Both the position numbers and the translations under genes were made by a program. The notes beneath the pieces were generated by a model. It saw only the letters and a list, made by a program, of their open reading frames with translations, searched no databases and was not told the DNA's origin. Shown here piece after piece: positions 1 through 8,204 of a stretch of 48,156 nt of DNA. This stretch comes from Chthoniobacterales bacterium (GTDB lineage: Bacteria > Verrucomicrobiota > Verrucomicrobiia > Chthoniobacterales > JACTMZ01). Position 1 is the stretch's first letter; the number at the start of each line of letters is the position of its first letter. The stretch spans positions 1 to 48,156 of the forward strand of contig JBILDG010000001.1 of NCBI GenBank assembly GCA_044352715.1, written 5' to 3'.

Positions 1-481
1 GGCTCAGCTCGGGATCCATATCGAAATAGTTGTCGTGCGAGAGCGATTCATCGAAGCCCATGCGGTTCGGGCTGACCGGCGATTCCTTCTTCACCGCACC
101 GATGTGCCATTTGCCGAAATGGCCCGTGCGGTAGCCCGCTTGCTGCAGGATTTGCGGCAAAGTGATCTCCTGCGGCCGAGTGGAAAAGTTGAAGGCCAGC
201 ACGCCCGAGCGGTTGGCGTGGCGGCCGGTCATCACGCTGGCCCGCGTGGGCGAGCAAACCGCGGACCCCGCGTAGAAACGGTCCAAGCGCAGGCCGGTCC
301 GCGCCATTTCGTCGAGCACAGGCGTCTGCACATGCGGGTGCCCATTGTAACCCGTCTCACCCCAGCCATGGTCATCCGCCATCAAAAGAATGACATTCGG
401 CCGTTCCGCGGGATCCGGCCGGGCAAGGGTCGCAACGGCGGAGGCGAAAAACAAAAATAGCAGCCTGCAGACAACGGTCAT
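1..481 (-). CDS. S1-family sulfatase, N-terminal 160 aa (partial; the rest lies beyond the window start)
   Basis: Not in the ORF track because there is no stop in the window. My translation from ATG 481..479 reads MTVVCRLLFLFFASAVATLARPDPAERPNVILLMADDHGWGETGYNGHPHVQTPVLDEMARTGLRLDRFYAGSAVCSPTRASVMTGR. It has a signal peptide, a DDHG metal block and a CSPTR formylglycine motif. Confidence 0.85.
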   Translation of the reverse strand, partial: MTVVCRLLFLFFASAVATLARPDPAERPNVILLMADDHGWGETGYNGHPHVQTPVLDEMARTGLRLDRFYAGSAVCSPTRASVMTGRHANRSGVLAFNFSTRPQEITLPQILQQAGYRTGHFGKWHIGAVKKESPVSPNRMGFDESLSHDNYFDMDPELS

Positions 482-592
482 CGATAAGATTCAAACCCCG
501 CTACTGGCGGAGAGTTGCGATCCGACAGTCGGTTTTTCGGCCGCCGATAAAATACCATCATGGAAATGTAGGCCCTCCTATCGCCACGGCGC

Positions 593-626
593 GGACGATC
601 CCGCCAAAAATCGGCACGTTTCGGCC
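593..626 (-). promoter_or_regulatory. Bipartite direct-repeat element, copy a
   Basis: The minus strand reads GGCCGAAACGTGC-CGATTTTT-GGCGGGATCGTCC, two 13-nt repeats with a 21-nt offset. After 22 nt comes TACATT (570..565). It lies between the GH78 stop (688) and the sulfatase ATG (481). Confidence 0.6.
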
Positions 627-687
627 ACGGTCGACCTTCTCGGGCCATGCTCAATTTCACCTGCAGATTCGTGCTTGGTGCGGATTT

Positions 688-2946
688 TCATGATGCTTTG
701 ACGCGGGCTGTAAAACTGTGACGACCGGGCGGAAGTTTCTTGGTGCGCTGGCCCGGAAGCCGCAGCTCTGCGGTCGTGCCCGGCGGGACCGTGGCTTCGC
801 CGCGCAGGGTTTTCCCGCGCACTTGCCAGCGGCATTCGGCGCGGCCTTGCGGGGTGTCGAGTTCGCAGCGCGCGGAGGTGAGTCCGCCGCCGGGTTCGGG
901 GGCGAAGAGAATCTTCTTATAACCGGGGGACTGCAAACGAATGCCGCCGATGACGCTATACATCCAATCGCCGACGGCGCCGTAGGCGTAGTGATTGAAA
1001 GAATTCATGCCGACATCGCCGAAGCCATGCTCTTTGGTGTAGCTGTTCCAGCGCTCCCACATGGTCGTCGCGCCGTTGCGCACGGTGTAGAGCCACGACG
1101 GATAGTCTTCCTGCAACAGGATCTTGTAAGCCAGATCGGTGCGGCCGAAGCGCGTGAGAACCGGCAGCAGCAGCGGTGTGCCGACGAAGCCGGTGGTGAG
1201 GTGGCAGCCCCTCGCCTCGATGAGCTCGACGAGATGGGCGAAGGCTTTGGGACGCAGCTTGGCCGGCAACAGGTCAAAGGCCAGCGCCAGAAGATACGCC
1301 GTTTGACAATGTCCGACCACGCGGCCATCGGGAGTGACGTAAGCGTTGCGGAACGCGTCCACGATCTGCGCGTGCAGTTTGCGGAACCTGGGCGCGTCGT
1401 CTTTTTTCCCGAGAACACCGGCAATCTTCGCCATGAGGTCGGTGGTGTGAGCGAAGTAGGCCGTGCCGACCAGGTCGCAGGGCACAGGCGCGTTCTGGGC
1501 GGTGACTGCGTCGATGGCCAGCCAATCGCCATACATGGTGCGCGGGCGGATGAGGTTCTTCGAGGTCCGCTCTTGGTAGGCGATCCAGCGCTTCATGGCG
1601 TCGTAGTTCTCCGCGAGGACTTCCTTGTCGCCGTAGTGACGGTAGATCTGCCACGGGCAGATGACGCCGGCGTCGGCCCAGGCGGCGTTGCCGAAATGGA
1701 GCGGGCTGTGTTTGCCCAGGACATCGGGTGCCACGTCGGGATAGGCGCCGTCGGTCCGTTGGCCGTCGCGCAGATCCTGCAGCCATTTGCGGAAGAAATC
1801 GCGGACATCGTAATGGAAGGCGGCCGTGCCGATGAAGACCTGCGCGTCGCCGGTCCAGCCGAGACGTTCGTCGCGTTGGGGGCAGTCGGTCGGGACATCG
1901 AGGAAGTTGCCCCGCAAGCCCCAACTGATATTGCGGTCGAGACGGTTGAGCAGCGGGTTCGAGCAGCGGAACTTTCCGGTCGGACGCATGTCCGTGTGCA
2001 AGACGAGCGCGGTGAGAAGATCGGACGACGGCTTCTTGTCCAAACCCGTGACCTCCACATAGCGGAAACCATGGAAGGTGAAGCGCGGCGTCCACTCTTC
2101 GATTCCCCCACCCCGGCAGATGTAGGTGTCGGTCGCGCGGGCCAGGCGGAGGTTCTCGCGGTAGACCGCGCCGTCCGCGTTGAGCATCTCGGCGAACTTG
2201 AGTGTGATCTTCTGTCCGCGCCGCCCGCGGATTTTCAGCCGGCAGACGCCGGCGACGTTTTGTCCGAAGTCGAAAACATAGGCTCCTTTGGCCGGTTCCG
2301 TGATCTTCCGCGGCTTGATCGACTGCGTGACGCGCACCGGTTCATTGACTTTGGGGACAAGTTCCCCGCGGTAAGCCGGGAAAAGATCCGCCGGTCGCCA
2401 GCCGGCTGTCGGGGCATTCGACACGCACCAGTCCCCGAGTTCTTTCCGCGCATCGTAACTTTCGCCATGGTAGATGTCCGCCGCGACAATCGGTCCGTTG
2501 CGCATTTCCCATCCGCGCCCCGTGGTCACGCTGACCTTACGCCCGTTGTGCAACTCGATGTCCAACCACGCCAGCAACTGCGGGTGCGTGCCGTAGTGGT
2601 TGCGGTCGTTCTTCCACAGGAGCGTGCCGGTATACCAACCATCACCGAGGATCGCGCCGAGCGTGTTCTCCCCTGCTTGCAACATCTTGGTCACGTCCAC
2701 CCCTATGACTTGCGCCCGCTGGCGGAAATCCGACCAGCCCGGCATGAGAAACTCGTCCGCTACCTTCTCCCCGTTGAGAAACAGGTCAGCTACGCCGAGC
2801 GCGGTCCAGTGCAGGGTGGCACGGCGCACCGGTCCGTTCAGCGCGAACGAATGCCGCAGATACGGACAAGGTGGCTCGCCTTTGATGGCACGACGGCCGT
2901 CGCCGATCCATCGGGCGCCAGCGGGAAGTGAGTTCTTTTTTTGCAT
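688..2946 (-). CDS. Alpha-L-rhamnosidase, GH78 (no signal peptide)
   Basis: 752-aa ORF. The hallmark GH78 block is DVPTDCPQRDERLGWTGDAQVF. N-terminal and six-hairpin regions are typical of bacterial rhamnosidases (LFLNGEKV, HGFRYVEV, TTMWERWNSY). Confidence 0.9.
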   Translation of the reverse strand: MQKKNSLPAGARWIGDGRRAIKGEPPCPYLRHSFALNGPVRRATLHWTALGVADLFLNGEKVADEFLMPGWSDFRQRAQVIGVDVTKMLQAGENTLGAILGDGWYTGTLLWKNDRNHYGTHPQLLAWLDIELHNGRKVSVTTGRGWEMRNGPIVAADIYHGESYDARKELGDWCVSNAPTAGWRPADLFPAYRGELVPKVNEPVRVTQSIKPRKITEPAKGAYVFDFGQNVAGVCRLKIRGRRGQKITLKFAEMLNADGAVYRENLRLARATDTYICRGGGIEEWTPRFTFHGFRYVEVTGLDKKPSSDLLTALVLHTDMRPTGKFRCSNPLLNRLDRNISWGLRGNFLDVPTDCPQRDERLGWTGDAQVFIGTAAFHYDVRDFFRKWLQDLRDGQRTDGAYPDVAPDVLGKHSPLHFGNAAWADAGVICPWQIYRHYGDKEVLAENYDAMKRWIAYQERTSKNLIRPRTMYGDWLAIDAVTAQNAPVPCDLVGTAYFAHTTDLMAKIAGVLGKKDDAPRFRKLHAQIVDAFRNAYVTPDGRVVGHCQTAYLLALAFDLLPAKLRPKAFAHLVELIEARGCHLTTGFVGTPLLLPVLTRFGRTDLAYKILLQEDYPSWLYTVRNGATTMWERWNSYTKEHGFGDVGMNSFNHYAYGAVGDWMYSVIGGIRLQSPGYKKILFAPEPGGGLTSARCELDTPQGRAECRWQVRGKTLRGEATVPPGTTAELRLPGQRTKKLPPGRHSFTARVKAS

Positions 2947-2952
2947 GGTAAA

Positions 2953-4419
2953 TCAGTGAGCTATCTCGCGCAGTTTGCGCTGCGTTTCTTCGGCACGTTG
3001 GCGCGTGATGGGGTAAAGCCACATGATGGCGATGGCCAGCAGTAGGCCCGCGCATTGGAAGCCGACCAGTGCAGCTTTCATTTTCCACGCCGTGTTCTCG
3101 TCGAGCCCGGCGCGTTCGACGATTTGCGGGTCGTAGCCGGCGGCGGTGGCCATGTAGCCACCGATGCCGAAGGTCAGCCCCTGCGCAGCCTTTAGCGCGA
3201 AGCTCTTCACCGCACTGAACATCCCCTCGCGGCGACGTCCGGTGCGCAGTTCGTCGTCGTCACACACGTCGGCGGTCATCGAGTCGACCATCAGCCAGCA
3301 ACCCTGAAGCCCGAGAAAAGCGAGGAAACTGCTCAGAAAAAGCATCCACGGCCAACGCGGATCCATCGCGACGAAACTCAGAGCCGTGCCGGCGAAAGCG
3401 AGGACCAGCCCGCTGACCATGGCCGTGCGCTTGCTCGTGCGCATGGAGATCCAGCTGATGAGGAAGATGCTGATATAAGAAAGCGCCACCGCCATGGTCA
3501 TAAGCGCGCCTTGGAAATTTCCCAACTTGATGGCATCCCCGCCGAAAACATAGTGATGCATAATCAGCGGCGCGATGCTCTGCGCGGAGAACAGGGCGAC
3601 GATGATGGTCAGGTAGGCAACAAAAAGGATGACAAACGGACGGTTGGTCATGGTGTAGCGCACGGCCTCGAGAAAACGGATCGGCTCCTGCTTCTCGATG
3701 AAGAGTTCCTCCTTGCACCCGAACACAGGGATCATGCCTGCCACCAGCACGATGGCCGCGACGCCCACCGAGACCCAGAAAGCCCCCGCCCCGAGGCTCG
3801 GCCAATATTCGTCGGCCGCCAAACGGAAGAGCCAACCGGCGGCCAGCGAGCCAAAGAGGCCGATATACATCCGCCAGCGCACCACCCGCGTGCGCTCGTC
3901 GTAGTCCGGCGTCAGCTCGAAGCCCAAGGCAGTGTAAGGCACGACGAAAAATGTGTAGGCCAGGGCGAGCAGGCTACCCACCACCACAATGTAAAGGAAC
4001 GGGACATTGCTATACCACGGGTTGGCGGCCGTTTCCGTCATGGGCAACGTCCAGAGCAGCGGCAGGAGCAAGACGCAGCCGAGCACACCGACGAACATGA
4101 ACGGACGGCGCCTGCCGAAGCGCGACTTCGAGTTGTCCGAGAGGTTGCCGATCAGCGGATCGGTGATCGCGTCGAAAATCCGCGGCAAGCCGAGCGCCAA
4201 TCCGGCCAGCGCGGGCGAGAGTTTGAAGTGGTTCACGTAAACTAGCGTCCCCAACGCGGCCAAGGTGTTGAACATGAAGTTGTCGGCCAGCCCGCCGAAA
4301 CCCCACATCACTTTGGTGCGCAACGGCACGTGCTTGCGACCGGGAACGGCTGGAATGTGCGAGGGATTGGACATATTAAAACTCGGCTCGGTCAGGACGG
4401 GGTTTGTCACGCGGGACAT
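2953..4419 (-). CDS. MFS transporter, glycoside-pentoside-hexuronide (GPH) cation symporter family
   Basis: 488 aa and polytopic. GPH signature DAITDPLIGNLSDNSKSRFGRRRPFMFVG. It lies 6 nt upstream of the GH78 gene, so they probably share an operon. Confidence 0.85.
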   Translation of the reverse strand: MSRVTNPVLTEPSFNMSNPSHIPAVPGRKHVPLRTKVMWGFGGLADNFMFNTLAALGTLVYVNHFKLSPALAGLALGLPRIFDAITDPLIGNLSDNSKSRFGRRRPFMFVGVLGCVLLLPLLWTLPMTETAANPWYSNVPFLYIVVVGSLLALAYTFFVVPYTALGFELTPDYDERTRVVRWRMYIGLFGSLAAGWLFRLAADEYWPSLGAGAFWVSVGVAAIVLVAGMIPVFGCKEELFIEKQEPIRFLEAVRYTMTNRPFVILFVAYLTIIVALFSAQSIAPLIMHHYVFGGDAIKLGNFQGALMTMAVALSYISIFLISWISMRTSKRTAMVSGLVLAFAGTALSFVAMDPRWPWMLFLSSFLAFLGLQGCWLMVDSMTADVCDDDELRTGRRREGMFSAVKSFALKAAQGLTFGIGGYMATAAGYDPQIVERAGLDENTAWKMKAALVGFQCAGLLLAIAIMWLYPITRQRAEETQRKLREIAH

Positions 4420-4557
4420 GGGGCGCCAGTCGCATAGTCATGGCGTAATACGGGTGGCGACCAGGCTTGCGGTGGCGTGACCCTCGATGGCCAAGAGCGC
4501 CTCGGCCCTCTTGCCGAAGGCTTGCTTATCGAGAACGCGAGGGAGCATGCACGCGTA

Positions 4558-5244
4558 TTACTCCAATCTGCGGATGCGAAAATCATCAAGCAACGTCACC
4601 TCGCTTCCATCCGCTTGGCCTTTGGAAATCCCGGGAATGGAGTGGGCAAGGTGAAGCTGCATGACCGGGGAAGTCGCACGAAATTTCACCGAGCACTTCA
4701 CCCACTCACCCTTTGTTTCGACGCGGTTCATATTGGCGATGCGGCTGCCGGGCTTTTCTGGGTCGGTGATAATGGTTGTGACCGCGCCCATACCACCCTG
4801 CAGCATGCTTCCGGTCTGGACCCATTCGATTTCATATTCGGCTCCTGCCTCAAGTCCCCTCAGCTTGGCGCCAAACACACCCGAGGGCGCCCCTCGACCC
4901 GAGGTTTCCGGACTCGCGGAAACTCCTTTGAGGAAGGCGACTTGGGAGCCCTCCGCGGCCTCAACGCCCTCGGCATACGAACCACCAGCCCGGCAGATTC
5001 CTGCATCAAGTCCGAAGATCCAACCTTCCTCGGGGGCGTGCGTGTCTACCCCGGTCGCCACCTGCAGGTTTTTTGCCTCCAACGAGGGCTCTTCAAAGCC
5101 CGGATTGGCGATTTCCTGAGCCGGCACCGCGGTCAACGACACCGCCAAGGCCATGGCAGCTAATGCACAGGTTGGTCCGGATCCGCATCGCAGGCGGTGG
5201 CAGGACGCACGTGGCAGGAACGATGGATGTTTTGTTTTCATCAT
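4558..5244 (-). CDS. Small secreted protein, galactose-binding/DUF642-like jelly-roll (family guess)
   Basis: Start trimmed to the internal MMKTKH (ATG 5244..5242), because the ORF-track extension would overlap the upstream sulfatase. A signal peptide is followed by IANPGFEEP...GW...AEGSQVAFL...LEAGAEYEIEW, a pattern typical of CBM-like beta-sandwiches. Confidence 0.6.
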   Translation of the reverse strand: MMKTKHPSFLPRASCHRLRCGSGPTCALAAMALAVSLTAVPAQEIANPGFEEPSLEAKNLQVATGVDTHAPEEGWIFGLDAGICRAGGSYAEGVEAAEGSQVAFLKGVSASPETSGRGAPSGVFGAKLRGLEAGAEYEIEWVQTGSMLQGGMGAVTTIITDPEKPGSRIANMNRVETKGEWVKCSVKFRATSPVMQLHLAHSIPGISKGQADGSEVTLLDDFRIRRLE

Positions 5245-5284
5245 TTTGAAGAAGACCTCCGGTCGGGAATACGGCGCAGTCGTT

Positions 5285-6748
5285 TCATCGTGCGGAAGGC
5301 TCGCTGACGCCAAAATAGTGGCGATACCACTCAGACTCCTGCTCGTTGAGGGGCCCCCGGGGAAGCCCGCTGGGATCGAGCTGGGTCGTCCATTCGGTGA
5401 GCTTCTTTTGCAGGTCGTCGGCGATCTCGGGATAAACGGCGAAGAGGTTGCGCTTCTCCTCCCGATCGTCCTTGAGATTGAAAAGAAGGGGTTTCCCACG
5501 GCCCGCCTGAAGGAGTTTCCAATCGCCCGAGCGCACCGCGGCCTGACGCCAAAACCGCCAGAACAGTTCCCGCTGTGGAATCTCCCCGCCGGACTCGGTG
5601 AGAAAAGGAAGCAGATCCACGCCGTCAAGCAGGGGATCCGGCGGAAGCCCGGCGGCCGCGTTGATGGTGGCCGTCAGGTCCAGCGTGATGACCGGTTGAG
5701 TCACAACCCTCCCCTGCGGCAGACGCGAGGGCCAAGCCAGCAGAAACGGCACCCGAATACCCCCTTCGGCCAACATGCCCTTTTCGCCCGTCAGCGGCGC
5801 GTTGATCGATCCGTCCCATGCGGGGCCGGCCTTGCCCACCGGCAAAACGTCGGCCATGGGTTCTCCTTGGTGAGATCCAAGCGGAGCTCCATTGTCGCTG
5901 GCGAAGATAAACAGCGTGTTGTCTCGCAGCCCTTTCTCCTCGAGCAAATCCATCATGCGCCCGACCCCGTCGTCGACCGCGGCCATCATGGCCAGTGCCG
6001 TTCGTCTCCGCTCCGGCATGTCCCCGGGAAAGCGATCGAGGTACGCTTGCGTTGCCGCGAGCGGAACGTGCGGGGCATAGTAACCCAAGTAGAGGAAAAA
6101 CGGCTGGTCAGCACGAAGGCGCATGAAAGCCAAGGCAGCCCGCGTCTGCTCCTCGATGCGGTCATCGCTCGTGCGATGCGCCTCCCCCTCGGCATTGAGA
6201 GACCTGCCCTCCAGATCAAAATTTCGCCAATAACTTTCCGTCTCACCCGTGTAGAAATCGTCAAAACCCCGCGCTTTCGGCGAATATTTCTGCTCGAGTT
6301 CGTGGGGGACCTTGACCTCGCGGCCCTCGACGATCTCGGGGTGCTCGCGCCGCGCCCAGCGCAGGCAAGCAACGTTCGGATCCAAGTGCCATTTGCCCAC
6401 CATGCCGGTGGCATAACCGGCGCCCCGCAAACGATCGGCGATCGTTTTTTCCTCCAGAGGCAACGGCCCGTCCACAATCGAGTCAAAGCCGAACCGCTGC
6501 TGATACCGTCCGGTGATCAAGCCGGCACGCGACGGAGAACATTGCGGGGCTGTGACATAACCATCGGTGAAAAGCACACCCTCGCGGGCCAGACGGTCGA
6601 GATGAGGCGTTTTGATGTCCGGGCACAGTCCATGCACGCCCAGATCGGCATAGCCTTGATCATCCGTGAAGATGAGGACGATGTTCGGAGGCCGCTCAGC
6701 ATGGAGCATGGCAACCGGGAGAAAACAGAGGAGGAGAAGAACCTTCAC
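5285..6748 (-). CDS. S1-family sulfatase (secreted)
   Basis: Core PPNIVLIFTDDQGYADLG and motif APQCSPSRAGLITGRY. Start placed at the in-frame GTG 6748..6746, giving the signal peptide (M)KVLLLLCFLPVAMLHA. The ORF-track start at 7141 would add about 130 non-sulfatase aa and overlap the neighbouring gene. The start is uncertain. Confidence 0.85.
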   Translation of the reverse strand: MKVLLLLCFLPVAMLHAERPPNIVLIFTDDQGYADLGVHGLCPDIKTPHLDRLAREGVLFTDGYVTAPQCSPSRAGLITGRYQQRFGFDSIVDGPLPLEEKTIADRLRGAGYATGMVGKWHLDPNVACLRWARREHPEIVEGREVKVPHELEQKYSPKARGFDDFYTGETESYWRNFDLEGRSLNAEGEAHRTSDDRIEEQTRAALAFMRLRADQPFFLYLGYYAPHVPLAATQAYLDRFPGDMPERRRTALAMMAAVDDGVGRMMDLLEEKGLRDNTLFIFASDNGAPLGSHQGEPMADVLPVGKAGPAWDGSINAPLTGEKGMLAEGGIRVPFLLAWPSRLPQGRVVTQPVITLDLTATINAAAGLPPDPLLDGVDLLPFLTESGGEIPQRELFWRFWRQAAVRSGDWKLLQAGRGKPLLFNLKDDREEKRNLFAVYPEIADDLQKKLTEWTTQLDPSGLPRGPLNEQESEWYRHYFGVSEPSAR

Positions 6749-7128
6749 GGACGGAGAAAGGTTGGAAAACACGCCGGACGCAAAGGCCCGATCCTGACCA
6801 GCGCCCCCGTGCCGTGGGTCAGACGATCGGGATCCCCACACCTTTTTTTTCCGAGGTATCGGGCCGCGCGGACAGAGGAACGCAGATTGAGGGCGGAGGA
6901 TTCCATCGCGGCAGATGATGAGCTGTCTGCACACTACATTAGGTAAGCTTTCCTTCCAGAGTTTTTTCAGCGGAAAGATGGCTGCTGCGGCGACCGACCG
7001 AATGCCCCCATCAGCAAAACAGCGGCCCGCTGGCCTCCGGCTCGTTGAGCTTACGGCTCGGAGAGGCCGGCGGGCCCTACCACAACAACGTCTCGGAAAG
7101 TCCAAGACCTTTTCAGGTTTTTGTAGCA

Positions 7129-7977
7129 CTATTTTTGCCATTCGAAATCGCTGGTTTGCAAGGATTCCGGGATTTCGGTGCTGACGCGCCCATCAAGCCA
7201 GAGCACGTTGAAGCTTCCCTTCGGCGGGTTTCCATCCGCAGCCAGACCGTTGCCATCAATGGGAGTGGTCGACCAACGGTAGAACTTGGAATTTTCGCCT
7301 GATTTCCATTTGCCTCGACTGTCTCGATTCCAGGCGTTGCTCATGTCACCCCCAATGCCATCGACCAGAGCCACCGTCCGCGAGGGGTTGCTGTAGACCA
7401 AGAGTTTTTTGGAATTCAAACCGCGCTGGAGGAAAGACATCAAATTTGGTCCGTGCGGGAAAGCAACCGAGGGATCGTTTCCCCCGTTGATCCAGTAGCC
7501 AATACGTAGAGGTTTTTCCGTGGCGGGATCGACGGCCCTGGGGTCGCTCCAAGTGGTCTTCAGGCCCGGCCGATCGAATATTTTGGTGTTGCCGCCGGTG
7601 TAGGGAAGAAGGTGTGCCGCCCACAAATACTGCGGGGGCTGCCCGTTGGCGTCCTTCATCATCCCGAGGGGCGGCGGCAGGTAACCATCGTTGTCCGCCA
7701 CGTGGGCCATCATGGCCGCGCCGATCTGACGCAGGTTCGAGGCGCTGGCCGCTTTTTGGCCTTTCAAGATCATCCCCCGCCCCACCGGAAACGCGAGCGC
7801 GGCAAGAATAGCGATGATGGCCAACACCACCAAGATTTCGACAAGGGAAAAAGCCGCGCGGCCGAGGTGTTTGCGGGGAAAGGGGCTGGTCGGCACCTGG
7901 TGGGTCGCGAGCGCAATGGTTTGTCCCGGGTTCGGAATCCAACTCGCACCACCCACAATTTTGGTCGGGTTACGCAT
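7129..7977 (-). CDS. Prepilin-type N-terminal cleavage/methylation domain protein (type II pseudopilin-like, DUF1559/H-X9-DG-like)
   Basis: AAFSLVEILVVLAIIAILAALAFPV is a classic prepilin hydrophobic helix. The C-terminal NVLWLDGRV resembles the H-X9-DG family tail, here with P in place of H. Start at ATG 7977 (MRNPTK). Confidence 0.8.
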   Translation of the reverse strand: MRNPTKIVGGASWIPNPGQTIALATHQVPTSPFPRKHLGRAAFSLVEILVVLAIIAILAALAFPVGRGMILKGQKAASASNLRQIGAAMMAHVADNDGYLPPPLGMMKDANGQPPQYLWAAHLLPYTGGNTKIFDRPGLKTTWSDPRAVDPATEKPLRIGYWINGGNDPSVAFPHGPNLMSFLQRGLNSKKLLVYSNPSRTVALVDGIGGDMSNAWNRDSRGKWKSGENSKFYRWSTTPIDGNGLAADGNPPKGSFNVLWLDGRVSTEIPESLQTSDFEWQK

Positions 7978-8204
7978 AAAAAGTTCAGTGCGCCGCGTCG
8001 CGCAGCTCGCATGGCGTATCTTCGGTGCGTTGGTGCGTGATCGAGTCAGGCAACATGACGGCGAGGAGGAAGCCTGTGCGGCGTAAGTCGTGCACGCAGG
8101 CTGAGGAAGCATCATCTAGGTAAGTCATAATGATGGCGACAGGCGCACTCGTGACAGGAAATCAGTGCAACCCGGCGCCAGTTCTCTGGCCAGCAGCAAG
8201 CGCC

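Noticed and set aside
593-626. The bipartite element as a REP/MITE-type selfish repeat.
   Set aside because: The copies are short. I saw no terminal inverted repeats or extended flanking homology. They also keep a fixed orientation and a 22-24 nt distance to a -10-like hexamer before genes. A genome-wide scan is still needed.
718-2931. A 737-aa plus-strand ORF antisense to the GH78 gene. Similar long shadow ORFs occur at 5153..6946+, 13620..15563-, 19037..20293+, 23506..24852-, 28335..29987+, 33056..34921+, 38554..39723-, 45292..46449+ and 47115..48005+.
   Set aside because: These are typical antisense open frames of high-GC DNA. Their translations are Arg/Ala/Gly/Pro-rich with no recognisable motifs, while the opposite strand encodes clear sulfatase, GH or MFS domains in each case.
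5245-5628. Long N-terminal extensions in the ORF track, for example 4558..5628, 5285..7141, 7129..8115, 29555..31960, 38113..39810, 24861..26420 and 26476..28152.
   Set aside because: The extensions overlap the neighbouring gene, are low-complexity, and precede an internal start that gives a normal signal peptide or domain start. I trimmed the genes to those internal starts.
7019-7040. A possible intrinsic terminator for the pseudopilin-like gene (minus strand CAGC-GGGCC-GCTG followed by TTTT).
   Set aside because: The stem is only about 4 bp once a feasible loop is allowed, which is too weak to call.
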